DNA from: Eledone cirrhosa | Taxonomy: Eukaryota | Assembly: GCA_964016885.1 (NCBI GenBank) | Contig: OZ024741.1 | Location: 140,802,001 to 140,866,000, forward strand | Direction: 5' to 3' | DNA length: 64,000 bases | Shown: piece after piece, positions 1 to 14,709 of the stretch | Numbering within the stretch: position 1 is the stretch's first letter | Layout: every line of letters begins with the position of its first letter | Notes under the pieces: generated by a model | Seen by the model: the letters and a program-made list of their open reading frames with translations, nothing else | Told to the model about the DNA's origin: nothing | Databases searched by the model: none | Program-made: the position numbers and the translations under genes

Positions 1-489
1 GTTTCTAAAAACAGTAGGAGGGTGGCATGAGTGCTTGTGTATGTAATTAAGTTTTTCATTTAGTTTGTGGCAGGGTCTGAAGGTGTGGGTGCGAAGGACT
101 AAATATATGTCTAAGTAATCTAGGGAGATTGGTAGCTACCGTTATCCTCAGTCCTAACTCATTAAAAGTTGAAATTAAATCTTTTTTAAACCGGTTCAGG
201 TCGTGACCACTTTTATGGCTCGATAAGTTCAGACGATCGTCCACGAATCTAGTACGTAATATATCTAAAATAAATAAGCCAACCAAGTCGCATACATTAG
301 CACTATCGAATAATCCCATTGAGACGTCGAATAGTTCTGAGGTAATTGATTCTTCGTACGGGCTACTCCGGTTTTGAAGAGGAGGGTTTTCCGGCAATGT
401 GCGATGATCTCCCTGTCTGAATCATGGACGGTAGTGTAAGTGGTAGCAAAGTCCAACGCCTTCTTTAACAGGGTCACTGAGATCAACGG

Positions 490-492
<3 letters not shown>
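1..492 (-). mobile_element. Penelope-like retroelement RT fragment (Naiad-type), frameshifted, runs off the window edge
   Basis: Overlapping ORFs 265..492 (PLISVTLLKKALDFA...REIIAHCRKTLLF) and 56..397 (LFDVSMGLFDSANVCDLVGLFIL) match Penelope RT motifs such as FDVTMGSYDGAEVCELVGL. Confidence 0.85.
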
Positions 493-529
<37 letters not shown>

Positions 530-536
<7 letters not shown>

Positions 537-1300
537 TATAAAACTGAAATTGTCTGTGTGTATGTGTGTCCTAATTTTGGCAAAGGCTACAAAGGCTATA
601 CAAAACCACATTTCTACTCCGATTGACTTCAAACTTGCATTTATATATATCTTGCGGTCTAAAGATATTAACTGCAGGTTTTATTTTTCAATTTTCTGTT
701 GTTAAATCCGTTTTTTTTTCACTAAAACCTTAAGCCCTTTTTGTCAGTGCAGTTCGGCGGTTTGTCTACAATGTTCAAGAGAAACAACTCTTTAGTATTT
801 TGAAAGAGTTACCTCTCTTTATAGGCTATATTATCTCTACTTAAACGTACATCCCTTGAAAATCTTGATGGTGATCCCAATAGTTACCCCGAAGCGTTCT
901 GCATCCGATATAACAGTTCGGTCTATATCAGATTGGGTAGATTTGTGTAACCTTAAAAGTATCCAACTAAATTCCTTTATGCTTTCCACCATTGCAGTCC
1001 CACATGCTTACTGCTGTGTAACTTGCATTGTACCATAGCACAACAAATAGATGTTCGGTTTGTCGAATGCCTTTTTACTTAACCCTTTCGTCTTGGCTTT
1101 CGTGGGTTGAACATTTTACTCTCAGGCACCCAATTAAGTTAAACCCCTGGTAATCTACGACGAATTTTGTTTATAAGCAGAAAATCTAGACACCATTCCC
1201 AGGCTGAGGTATTCCGTACTTCTCTGTACTGTTTCAGAAAGGAGTGATAAACATTGCAATCTATGTTTAGAACCCCGAGCAACGCCGGGCCATTCGGCTA

Positions 1301-1301
<1 letters not shown>
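530..1301 (+). mobile_element. Non-autonomous Helitron-like element inserted in (TA)n
   Basis: Starts TATATATAAAACTGAAATTGTCTGTGTG. Ends in a GC hairpin CCCGAGCAACGCCGGG (1274-1289), an 8-nt spacer, then CTAG (1298-1301) followed by T, the canonical Helitron 3' end. Confidence 0.75.
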
Positions 1302-1349
<48 letters not shown>

Positions 1350-1406
1350 AAAATGAGGGTTTTTTTTAAATGAAAAAAAAACGAGCTGTCCTACACGAGT
1401 TTTAGT

Positions 1407-1647
1407 ATAAGGAAAAAAGATGAACTCGAAAATTCAGCTGAAGTCTTTTTAAGAATATTTATTTGTTTCCATTACCTGTTTCACAGTTCTCATGGTTTTC
1501 AAAATTAGAATTGAGTTGGGGGGGGGGGGGGGTTCTCGCATCTCAATTCTACTTTTGAAAAGCATAAGAACTGTGAAACCGGTAAAGAAAACAGATAAAT
1601 ATTCTTAAAAAGACTCCAGTTGCATTTTCGATTTCATCTTTTTCCCT

Positions 1648-1650
<3 letters not shown>
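1407..1650. repeat. Imperfect palindrome (~110-bp arms, G-run in spacer)
   Basis: AGTCTTTTTAAGAATATTTATTTGTTT..TTTCACAGTTCT..TAGAATTGAG is mirrored by CTCAATTCTA..AGAACTGTGAAA..AGATAAATATTCTTAAAAAGACT. Confidence 0.85.
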
Positions 1651-1718
<68 letters not shown>

Positions 1719-4184
1719 TATACACACACCACATACCTAAAATGTGTTATTGTCCAAGCGAAAGACCAAGACACATACAACTTATGTCATTGTAAAGTAA
1801 AATGTCTTGCTCAAGGATAAAAATATCAGGTGGTCAGTGCATCGAACTCCAGAAATAACAATCGTGATTCCAGCACGATCAAACTAAGCCCTGCACTTTC
1901 CCACGAAGAGGGCCTTTTTTATGGAAAGTCCTCGCATAAATAGAAAATCCTAACACAAATTCAATTCATTGGTCTAGCATCAAAAATCAGGTTTCAAACA
2001 CATCTGAAGCAATTACAAACATTTGAGATACATTATTACTTATACCTCCCATATCTAGATATGCAATTATTTATATCTATTTGGAAATTAATTCTAAAGA
2101 ATATGAAAAAACATCAGCGTCACTAAATGTATTCTATAGTGTTCCATACAACTAAAAACTACAGAGGTATTTGTGTTGTTACAACAAATATATACTTGTG
2201 AATAGAAATGTTCATTATTTGAATGGAGAAAACCACAGGTTTGTGTGTAATGTTAGAATACTTATAATTGACTGTTTTTTAGATTTCCCTTGGTGATAAA
2301 ATGCATCATTGAAACGCAGAATAAAGTTTCATGTAACATTTTTTATTGTTTGAATGATGAATTACTATACTAAAAGAAATGCATTGTCAATGTTTTTATT
2401 ATCCATTAGCTCCACAATATAACAGTACCTTGATTTTCTCCCGTGCCTCACACGTTAACTAATATGTTTGACAGTAGCAATTTAGAAAGTGCACTACAGC
2501 GATTTATCATCGCAATGAAAACACTATTTTAAGTTTAACAACTATTAATACTTGAGGGACTACTATTGTTACTGTCTTCATATTATTCTATAAATGCCTT
2601 CATTGAGAATATCTTACTTCGAAATTATTATGGGTGAATTCACTTTAATTCCGTCGCTATTATATTTTTAGATACGACGACAGAACACTACTGAATGATC
2701 AATACCACGATTCCTACCCTTGAGATATTGTTATCATTGCTACCGACAATGATATTGTTATCATTGCTACTCTCATGAGGTTATCATAAAGTAAAACAAA
2801 ATGTGATGACAATTTCATAGTGTCTCCAATTATATATTCTGAAGTTTCATAGATTATTCTTCAGTTATTAAACTAAAAATTATACGACTTCATACGATGT
2901 TTAAATACTTATACACTGCATTTTTTATTATTCTCTTTAGACTCCTGTTCAGTCATGACATACCATGATTTTACATCTAGTAAATTCTAAGCTACGGGCC
3001 TTCACTATATATTATTTGACCCAGTACTTGTCTCATACTTAATCTTAACGGGCAGACCTGAGAAGAATGAAAGACTAAGTTCTCCTCATTTTCAAGTGAG
3101 TTCAAAACATAAAGAACCAGAATAAATAACACGTGACATTGTGTCCGACACTAACGATTCTGCCAAAATCAGTAACTTAATACTTCTTTCATTACCTACA
3201 ACCTATCAGAAACACTGATATATATATATATTAAACATTATCATCCATAGAAAAACATCGCATAAAGCCCGTGAAGACATGCTCACAATAGTAAAGATGA
3301 AAATCTGAGAAAGCATAGTCATGTGACAATATCCCGTAGTCTAGGAAAGACCATCCTACAAACTACTGTGGATGTGGAAATATAGAGAGGTGGATAGAAT
3401 AAGAAGATAGACATACACCATTTAAGTATGGATAGAAACATCCCTACTGGAAACTCGAGGTCTGACATGCAACAGCGACAGATGGAGATGATTGGTGTAC
3501 GGAATATCACAATGCGATTGAATAATAAAATTTATGTGAATCTGCTTTGAAATATCAGCTCATTTGACGGTAATGTAACGTTCTTTTGATATGGCACTCT
3601 ACTTTTCATGTTCAACTTGAAATACCTAAATATTGGTTATAATATTCTCATGAATAATATAAATATATTCAACAACGTGGCAGCTAATTTTATAACCATT
3701 TCTGACTGCATTACAAATGAAATTTATTCTATTTCAGTTAATAAATGAAGGATTTTGGAGGGTTTACTAAGGTTTCTAATTATTCCAAACCTTCGTTTAT
3801 GTTTCTTACAAGAAATCACTTTAGAAAAATATACTTTATGAAGGGACCTTTAAACTGATTAGTTTTGTTTCATAAAATCATAGCCTACTTTGACTGGGCT
3901 GGTATCAAAATATTTCATCAATGTTCACTGGAGTAGACCTAAATTGTTGAGACGTCATATTGTACTGACCTGTGTATGTAACATTGTGGCAAAGAAGAGA
4001 TTGTTACGACATAAAATCGATATTGCTGACTCAAGAAGTAATCTTTTCCGGAAATGATATCAATCGCGCTCTTCCATGTTAAAGGGAGATTGCCAAAACG
4101 TCTACGTTCGAAAATTATATTTGCAGCTCAATGACATATATCTGATTAAATCATACGTTCGTAGGATGAACTAGTAAGATGAAT

Positions 4185-5180
4185 TGGTTTCTTTATTGGT
4201 AATACGTCTCACATTAAGAACATATTAAGGACGGCACACTACGATACAGTGTGCGGTTTTTGAGGGTAGAAGCGCGTATATTGAATACAAAGAAACACGT
4301 AAAAAATATATCGCAACTCCCCAATAGGTGGGGGATTTCCAAGTATCGATCGTTGGAAAATCACACAAAAGCTACGCTCACCCTGATCGCCCAGGCAAGT
4401 ACCCCGACTCCCTGTCATCTTCCAATCTACAGTTGGATACTCAGAGCAGTCTCATTCACTTGGACCTTGCTCACTTTTCTTTTCCTCGTTTCCATAAGCT
4501 GGCTCTCCACCTGATTTTCCCCTTCAAGTGAAATTTGAAAGTAATCGAACCATGTCTTCAACCCTTTCAAACACGTCCACTACACGACCGCTTTCCCCAT
4601 CGTCACCGGGCAGATAAAAATAGCCTGTCATTCCTCACCAAAGGAAGGCGGTGGGTTAATATGCAAAATAGACATAGCTGATATCCGGCTCCGTCCTACA
4701 CATGGCAGCAGATATTCGACATATATCCACAATTTAGCAATATTCGGACACAGGATGTCATAAAGTGAGCGTTCACTCTGACCAGTGAGCAGTGTCGCTG
4801 CGCAATGCTGCGGTCCATAAGATGATAAAGATGGTCTACCTTGTTCGAGCAATTGCTCAACAGTATCACAATTTCTCGGCTTACGAAACTGAGAATTCTC
4901 CCCTTCTGCTGCCAGTTGCAGTAGACGTCTGTCAAGAGGTCACCGAATAAATTTGACATGTCTGGACCATCCAGACCCGTCAATTTTCCTCTCGTGCAGT
5001 TAGTCATTGCTTCACATATTGCAGAGGCTATTATAGGTTCTTTGCAACACTCCATCACCGTTGGCGAGAGCCGCGGTAGACTATCATGTAGGACTTGAAG
5101 TCCATCATACAATCCAGCCTCCATAGCTCCTGAACACCAATACAAAAGGTTGCTGCAAAGCCGTACACATCTGTTTTGTG
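4185..5180 (-). mobile_element. Heavily decayed L1/Tx1-like LINE fragment (same family as 49.6-53.3 kb)
   Basis: ORF 4696..5259 contains GLDGPDMSNLFGDLLTDVYCNWQQKGRI, matching MPDLFSGVLEAVYCNW at 52.7 kb. The 3' end AATAAAGAAA lies at ~4190. Confidence 0.7.
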
Positions 5181-7324
5181 GTTGAGTAATATGAATAATA
5201 CAAATAATGGTGTAAAATGTAGGCACGATGCTACCAATTTTAAGTGAAGGAAAATTCATTTAAATCAAACTGGGTACTTTAATTTATCGGCCCCAGATGT
5301 ATGGAATGCACGGAGCGTCCCGAGTTAAAGGTCCGCCGGTAGCTACTTTGCTTTTCATCCAATTTGGTAGAATAAAGTTGTATTTAAATGCTGAGTGCGA
5401 AGCAACCAAAATTGCTTACCTTCAAGCTAAATTGGGAGCCATTATACTTCTCATTGATCTCAATAATACCCTCACCATTATCATTGTTGCAATTCTCAGC
5501 GTCGTTATCATTTAAAAAAGCACATGGTTTCTCTTTATATAGTAAAGATCTGATATTCAGGAACCTGCTCTCTTCTCTTTCTTTACAACCTAATTTTTCC
5601 TCAAATATTTCGTCATTTTTAATTGTCTAGTACACACTCATCCAGCGTCGTGTTAAAATGTACTATCCTTTCAAATATAAATACTTTTATAGTCGAGTGA
5701 AATAGGGTACATTCCTCGACTTATCCTCACATGTTTCTCCAATGCCTCCCATTTTGAATTTTGGCATCTATTTACAATGTACAATATTATTTACCAATTT
5801 GGATTCCTCGCGTAACCTTGCCATGGATAAATTACCTCACTTGGGATTTGAAATTATACTTCTGGGGACCGGGTGTTACTTGTTTGAGAATCATCACAGT
5901 AAACCAAATATTTTAACGATGACATTATTTCCAAGCAATAATATTCAAAGAAATTCTGACTTGAATTGAAAATAGAATGTGTATTTCCAAAACGTTTATG
6001 CTACAGTATATCAGAAAATTTACCATTGAATCTAAATTGTTTTGACGTCATATTTGCTATGGAATATTGTTCGCCCCTATTAAAACCAAGTATAATTTCC
6101 TAACAAAAAAAAGAAAACGACAGAAATTCTAGAAAATGAATATTGCCCTGAGCATTAATTCAGACTTTGATTGCTTTTTAAGTTTCAAATTCTTTGAAGA
6201 CAATTATACCACCAGAGGCAGATGAGCGAAATTCAAGTTACTTCAATAAGATTTCATAGAATATTGTTTTTCAATCTAACCGGTATAAGCCTCTTATCAT
6301 GACAGAAAATTAAATGAGAATTACATCCAAGATTCCGAAATATGCTATTTTAATGGTTTTGATAAACCTCACGCCCACATATACTAATAATAAAATGAAT
6401 GTCAACAACAAAAGTAAAAATAATAATTCTATAGCATTAAAAAATAATGATGGAAGAATCTAGAGCCTAAAAAAACATGATTTCGCAATAGACATAAAAT
6501 TGTGCTGAAGAATAGCGTTTAAATTTCAGTTATATATTACAGTATATTTTTCTAGTTTAAAAGTTGAAAAGTAAACATATTTCATTAACAAATTCCAACC
6601 CCTACTTAATCAAACAATCAAACATTTACAAGAGTTACCTCTCTCACAACCTACCTAATCCTTTTACTTAAATAAATTAAATATCATCCAGCATGAATTA
6701 CCTCCCCCTGCATCTCGAGAAAGGGAAATCATATCAAACTCCAGTCCACCATTTGCCTCCATCAAGGATCAAATAAGCACCCTTGCTATATTAACACATT
6801 TTGATCTGCTTAACTTCAAGAACTATACCTGTAAATAACATTATTTTTTCTTTCACATTGACTTTTTATGCTCCACTTTACGCCCCTTTTTTGCTTTTTG
6901 CTTTTTTCTTTTCACTTCATAAACCTTGTTTGTAAATAACATTAATTTGTAAATAACATTAATTGTTTGTAAATAACATTATTTTTTCTGCACCATTTCT
7001 TTAACATGTGTAACACCACCATTCTACACCAATACATATCACTATCATTTTATAATGCATAAAAATAATGAAACCGGTAATAGACAATTATTAAATATAC
7101 AAATAGATAAATAAATGCCATTGTTAATTAATAAATAAATTAACTAATACTGTAACACTTCACACAAAGTAAAATATTTCGTTGTAATCATTTTCTAACC
7201 CAGAAAAAAGAGAGAAATAAATAAAAAGGGAAAAAAAAAATTTTTTCTTGCTAATGATTCTCTTTCTCGCTGTTTTCATATATATAATAATATAAGATCA
7301 AAAGATGGTTAAAAGAGTTCCAAG

Positions 7325-7395
7325 TATTTTATTATGCGCATTTCAAAAACAAATATCATCATGGGATGATATCTGCGTTCTCATCAGATAAAATA
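7325..7395 (-). ncRNA. Type I hammerhead ribozyme (Penelope 3' tail)
   Basis: Minus strand: TATTTTAT-CTGATGA-GAACGCAGATATCATC(CCAT)GATGATATTTGTTTTT-GAAA-TGCGCA-TA|ATAAAATA. It has an 8-bp stem I, an intact core and palindromic stem III ATGCGCAT. Confidence 0.8.
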
Positions 7396-7889
7396 GGGAG
7401 ACATGATATGAAGCTTAAAAAACACTTGTGAATAGTGAAGTTTTAAATCAACATATGAAAAATAAATTAAGATTGATGTATGAGATTGGGAAAAAGTGGG
7501 GGGGGGGAAGTAAGGAAGAGGAAGAAATAAGAGTAAAGGATGGTGGGGAGGAGTATAAGAAGGAAGGATGAGAGAGGAGGAGAGATGGCTGATAGAGAGA
7601 GAGAGATAACCTTTACAACTGAGAAAAGAAAATTGTCTCACAGAGAGAAATTAAAAAGCCGTTGGAAGATAATTTAAAAGATTTTGAAATTAAACGTTAA
7701 TGAGGTTTATGCATGAAGAAAAAGGAATTAAGAATAGTATTAAATTAAGGTTTGTATATTGAAGGGTTTAATAATATGTGCGAAGAAAAGAATTTATTAA
7801 TATGTATTATTAAAATAAAAATATTAATGATATTAAGGATATAATGTGAAAAGAAGGAGAAGAATGAATGAGTTATGAATTTAGAGGAA

Positions 7890-8240
7890 TTAGTTAGGGT
7901 TTAAGTTTGTTTTTATGTAATGTAATATGTGTACGTAAATAGTTTGTTTAAAAAGAGCGCGAAAGGAAAGAAGAAAAGAATGTTTAAGGAAGAAAATATC
8001 TAACATCAAAAAGAATATATGTTTACGAAATATTTTCTAATGGTAATAATATAAGATATTAATAGTTAGGGTTTAAGTTTGTTTTTATGTATTGTAATAT
8101 GTAAAAGCCAAATTAAGTAGTAGGTTTAAAACGAGCATGAAAGGATGGAAGAGATATGAAAAAATTAAGGAAGAAAAAAATCTAACGTCAAAAGTTTATA
8201 TGTTTACGAAGGACTTCTAATGGTAATATTATAATGTATT
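7890..8240. repeat. Diverged ~172-bp tandem duplication in the Penelope 3' region
   Basis: TAGTTAGGGTTTAAGTTTGTTTTTATGT occurs at 7891 and 8063, with similarity continuing to CTAATGGTAAT. Confidence 0.8.
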
Positions 8241-9949
8241 AAAAAAATAATTTCTATGGCCAATGATATGAGGAAATATGGAAGAATGGATAATGTTGTG
8301 GTGAATAATAATATGAATTGAGAAGTAGTTGGGAAGAAAAAGTACAGATTAGAGGTTAGAAATTAAAAAGCAAAAAGGAAGAAAGGACAATGATAAAGAG
8401 GAATGATATAGAATGAGTAAATTGTATTATATAATATATAATACTGAAATAAGGTAGAAAGATGGGAATATTTGTAAAGGATATATAAGCCTTTGAGAAA
8501 AAGGATTTTAAACTAGTAAAGTATTGAGATATTAGCTGTATACTTTATGGAATGTTCTATGGAATTTATGCAAGCAGAGAGAAAATAAATCTGTGCGTCT
8601 ATTTATTATAGAATTGAAATTAGATATAATAGTAAATTTCTCGGCTAGGCAGAGATTACATGTTCTGGATAGGGAAGAATTCAGGTAAGGAAAGGCGGAA
8701 CAAACCTTCCTCCAAGAGATGTTATAGTTAATATGTTTGTCTTTCAAGGACCCTATGAGTTTCGAGAGTGCCGTGTTAGTTCTTTTAAGTTGGTATTTAA
8801 AAGACGAATTGTGATTATAGAATCTAGCTTTGGAGGAAGTGGAAGTGGAACCGAAATAGGTAAAGGAATTGGTATCAGTTATAACCTTACATTCATAGAG
8901 TGTTTATCAAGACAATGGTTTTTATCAATGGTTTTTATCAAAGTTTTTATCAAGACAATGGTTATTAAGAGGGCATTTAGAGAAATTAACAGAGAAATTA
9001 ACAGAGTTATTAACAAGTGACCTAGTTTTATTTATAGAAGGAATTGAATTGGAGAAGTTATTTACGATAGGAACAATAGTTTCCTGATTTAGATTGGTAT
9101 TATGAACATTCAACGAAGTTACGTTTGACATCGTATTTAAATTTACAGAATCTAGCCTAGAGTTAACAATGACGTCGGGAGTACTACTGCTATTAGTATG
9201 ACGCTCAGTGTTGTAAGGGTGTGATTTATTATTTAATATTTTATTGTTGTGTTTAATGTTACAGATGTTGGAAGTGGTGGAATAAGAACATTTTATTGTA
9301 TGTTTGTTAAAGATTTTACTATAGATATGTGACGGAGGGAAGCATTTATCTAAGGCTCTAAAGAATAGTTTAGGAATATTATTATTAATAGATATAGAAA
9401 AAGGAGCATTATGCCAGATTATATGTTTGTATCTAGGTCTTTTATTTAAGTTATTGGAATGTTCATAATTAATTATTTTACTGTAAGACCTTCTAGGATT
9501 TGTTTCTTTACTGTATTTAATTTTATCAGGATAACCGGCTTTAGCAAGCGCATTATTATAGTAATTGGCGTTAGCATCGAATATATCTTTATTAGAGAAT
9601 AGGTTTGAGATTCTTTTTTCAATATTACTGACTATAGCATTTTTAATGTTAGTGCGGTGGTTAGATTTAAAATTAACATAATTTAGATTGTGGTTGTTTT
9701 TATGGTAAGGGTAATATAGACCAGTGTCAAGATTAAGGGATATATCCAAGAAGTTAGCTAGTTTGACGTTATTATTAAATTCAATTTTAAGGTTATGGTG
9801 CTTAAAGAGATCGCGTATATTGTTTTTAATAAAATTAAGGTTTACTAAGTTGCAGTTTAAGATAGTAAAAAGTCCATCGTCACGATAAATTCCACCGCAA
9901 AGTTGAGGAATTTTCCGATTTAAAGAATTCAAAATAAAAATACCAATCA

Positions 9950-10450
9950 ATGTATAGAGGAGCCAGAACCAAATGGGAAAAAATGGTAAATAATGACATA
10001 AATGGGACCTGCCCCTTGTATAGGAGCAAATTTTGGAATAGAATAGAAAGAACTAGGAACAAGGCTAATAGAATAAACTCATGGTATGATAGCAATAAAT
10101 ACCAGAGTGTAATGTTCATCGATACAACCCCTAGAGGTGAATTAGCTTACAAATTTAGAAGGGCCCTAGATAAACATAAACTCAATATTAAGATAGTAGA
10201 AAGACCAGGTACCTCCGTAAAAACACTTATTAGCAAGACATACCCTTTTCAAAGACCCTCATGTATAGATAAGAAATGTATAACCTGTAAAATAAGGCCC
10301 CATATTAACTGTAAAACTAGAAATGTAGTATATAGCATAAGATGTACTGAAGGACAATGTAGAGACAAAAATATAGTGTACATACGTGAGACAGCTCGTA
10401 GTGTAGGGGAACGGATAAATGAACACTGGCGAGACCTTCAAGATAGTAAA
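9950..10450 (+). mobile_element. Penelope-like fragment (Neptune-type Cys-rich linker and GIY-YIG start)
   Basis: SVMFIDTTPRGELA..IKIVERPGTSVKTL..PF..C....C..C.....NCKTRNVVYSIRC...YIRETARSVGERINEH. Confidence 0.85.
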
Positions 10451-10508
10451 GAATATATATATATAAATTCAAAAATTAACAAAAATAGATATTCTTATGA
10501 TCAATTCA

Positions 10509-10575
10509 ATTTTATTTTTCATATTTCAGAGGTACTTGAATCAGGTTCAACAGTACGTCCTCATCAGATAAAATA
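10509..10575 (-). ncRNA. Degenerate type I hammerhead
   Basis: Minus strand: ATTTTAT-CTGATGA-GGACGTACTGTTGAA(CCTGA)TTCAAGTACCTCT-GAAA-TATGAAAA-ATAAAAT. Core and stems I/II are present, but stem III and the UH site are broken. Confidence 0.5.
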
Positions 10576-11394
10576 AAATGATACATGACATACCCTGACA
10601 TGTTAGATGGTTAAGATTTAATCAAGATACCTATTAACTTATGAGGAAAGTCAATATTTATACCCTAATAATGAGAACATGCGAAAACGTAATAGAATCA
10701 ATAGAGAGGGTGTGAGTAAGAAAAACGTTGCTATAATGTAACAGTTTTAGAGTTTTTAAAGTCTGGAATACTACTGTAGGTCTATAGAGGAAGACACATC
10801 TGGAGTTATAAATTATTCAGTTTTTAGCTTGAGAATGCAACTGATAGATAATTAAAGAGAGGGGAGATAAAGGGGGAGTAATTTATGGTCAAATTTTCTT
10901 CGGGCACATATAAACATGTATAGCCTTGGCAGTTAAATTTCAAAATATTTAATTTATGTTATTTTAGGGTAACGACTCACAATTTTATGTTTTAAATGTT
11001 GATGGTTATATGTATTAATTTTATAAATTATATAAATTTTATAAATGTATTAAATTTCTAAAATTCAAAGTTTTATGAAAACAAATTTAACGGATTTACT
11101 ATGCCCGCGAAAGAAAAATTCTTACAAAGGTAATCTTTAACAAAATTACTTGTAACAGTGACAACATTTTCCGTATGTATAGTGTATGAAGTATTTACTT
11201 TTATAACTATTAAGGAATGTATTGTTAAATAGTTATTGTGTCTAAAGTATAATAATTACACCAGAGTTTTCAGCTATATATATATGTGTGTGTGTGCATT
11301 GATTCTAATAAGAGGACTATAAATTAATATTTTTTTTATTATTTGTTCATATATTATATTAAATCACTTCATTAGTTCTACCTTCAAGGGAAGA

Positions 11395-11608
11395 CCGAAC
11401 TCTAATTATGAATTAAGTTATTATACAATATAAATATATTTGCACAAACTATATATAGAGTTATACCGAACTATAATTATGATTATGTTATTATACGTTA
11501 TAAACATATTTGCACAAAACTATATACAGAGACATACCGAACTATAATTATGATTATGTTATTATACAATATAAACATATTTGCACAAACTACATATAGA
11601 GAGATATA
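11395..11608. repeat. Three ~71-bp tandem repeats
   Basis: ACCGAACTATAATTATGATTATGTTATTATAC..TTTGCACAAACTA repeated three times. Confidence 0.9.
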
Positions 11609-12527
11609 CTAAGTATTAATGAGACGTTATACATTTAGTAAAGAATAACGATTATAATCTTTGATAATAGATTCATACATGCATAACTATAAAATACATA
11701 CATATATATATAAATGTAAACGCATGAATGATCCACAGTTCAAATTAAGGTCCGTAAAAATTTCTATATCTAAACTATATTTAAAACAGAGATAGAAAAA
11801 TAAAGGTCTGGATCAAAGTTAATAATATCCAAAAATCCATAGGCTATGTATATCAACCTGCTAACATGTTATTAAACAAGTGTCATTCATTCAAACATTA
11901 TTTCCATTATAAATTATTAGAAGATAAAGTATGTTTAAAGTTTTATAAGCCATTAAGATTTATATTTTCAACAGTTAATGGTGTACGTCTAAAAACCAGG
12001 CTTGGTTGCTTGCTGTTTTTTCCTGACCTTGTGCGAAGCTTGGAATGTAGACAAAGCTTTATGGAGGCAGTTTGAGAATAATTCACTTTTTTTGTTAATT
12101 AAGTCTTCATAATTATTAATTATCAATAGAGTCTCCTTTGTACAGAGAGGGCAGTTACTTGATATACTTGAGTTGAGATAAACTCCACTATTACAAAGTT
12201 TCGTCCAAAACATCTAGAATTTAAAATGTTTGTCTTTTAATGACCATATAAGCTGTGATAAAGAAGTCGATGATTTCCTATTAGAATTCGAAAATGAGCA
12301 TTTATGATTCGCAAATCTAGCTTGAAATGTAGAAGAAGTCGCTCCTATGTAGTTGTATGTGTTGTTATCAGTTGTATGTAGTTGTATGTGTTGCACCAGA
12401 ATTAGCCGTCTAAACGGCTTGGGCTCTGCTGTCAGGATCACACTTGTTCCTATTACCCACTCTACTACCCTAAGTATTGAGTACTTTGGTGCGTTATGGT
12501 TCATCTGGTTCCTTACCACATTTCATT

Positions 12528-13906
<1,379 letters not shown>

Positions 13907-13941
13907 ATAAATAACAAAGAACGCTTATAGCATATGCATAT

Positions 13942-13999
13942 CTTTACTTGCTAACATTGTTTCATCCGCACTATAAGTGGGACTCATCAGAGCATAAAG
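13942..13999 (-). ncRNA. Type I hammerhead ribozyme, left arm
   Basis: Reverse complement of the 17208-17265 motif. Confidence 0.75.
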
Positions 14000-14544
14000 G
14001 TTAATTACATACCATACAAGCAATAACAAATCCAAGACATTGAAGAATGAAAGGTAATAATAGACGATAAAGGATAAGAATAAAAATAAAAGTAAAAATA
14101 AAAATAAAAATAAAAATAAGGGGTGCTATCAGTCACAGTTGGGCGGGGTGCTGTCAACATATAGTTACATACAAGCATACACATGGATAAGAGAACAGAC
14201 AAGAGTAGACACATGGATAAGAGAACAGACAAGAGTAGATAAGATAATGGGATTAGGTAAGAGTAGGTAAAAAATAGGTAAAAAATAGGTGAAAAACAGA
14301 CTTATAATATATATAAAAAGAAATACAAAGAAATACATAACAAACTTACATATAAAATATAGGGTAAGGAATGAGATAAAATAATATAAAATTAAAAATT
14401 AAAAATTATATACATAGAACATAATATAATATAATCGTAAAATAAGATAAAATAAGGTAAACTAAAATCAAATAACATAGACTAAATTAAAATAATATAA
14501 TATAAGATATAATTAAATGTATAATTAAATGTAATTAAATGTAA

Positions 14545-14604
<60 letters not shown>

Positions 14605-14677
14605 AAAAAAAAAATTAAATTTAAATAAATAAATAAAATTAAAATTTAAATTTTAAAATTAAAATTTAAATTTAAAT

Positions 14678-14709
<32 letters not shown>

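Larger units (their letters stand above)
7200..9950 (-). mobile_element. 5'-truncated Penelope-like element (Naiad-type): RT C-half, GIY-YIG endonuclease, long AT-rich 3' region with hammerhead
   Basis: ORF 8925..9950 has GIYRDDGL, NFLDISLNL, YVNFKSNH and CPLNNHCL. A shifted frame continues LYECKV..YFGST..KARFYNH..CNLCLAEK to the stop at 8532. Confidence 0.9.
10455..12525 (-). mobile_element. Penelope-like (Naiad-type) GIY-YIG fragment plus ~1.5-kb 3' region
   Basis: ORFs 12214..12519 and 11989..12213 are in frame across a TAG: YIGATSSTFQARFANHKCSF..STSLSQLIWSLKDK..CPLCTKE..LINKKSELFSNCLHK. Confidence 0.85.

Noticed and set aside
8900-8965. TGA next to the Cys linker of a Naiad-type ORF as possible selenocysteine (some Naiads encode selenoproteins)
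   Set aside because: The TGA arises inside a local slippage duplication of AACCATTGTCTTGATAAA with a frameshift. The linker at 42.8 kb uses ordinary Cys codons, the 12214 stop is TAG, and I saw no SECIS.
11395-11608. Regularly spaced repeats (also 59003-59300) as a CRISPR array
   Set aside because: Whole-unit tandem repeats without unique spacers, no cas genes, eukaryotic context.
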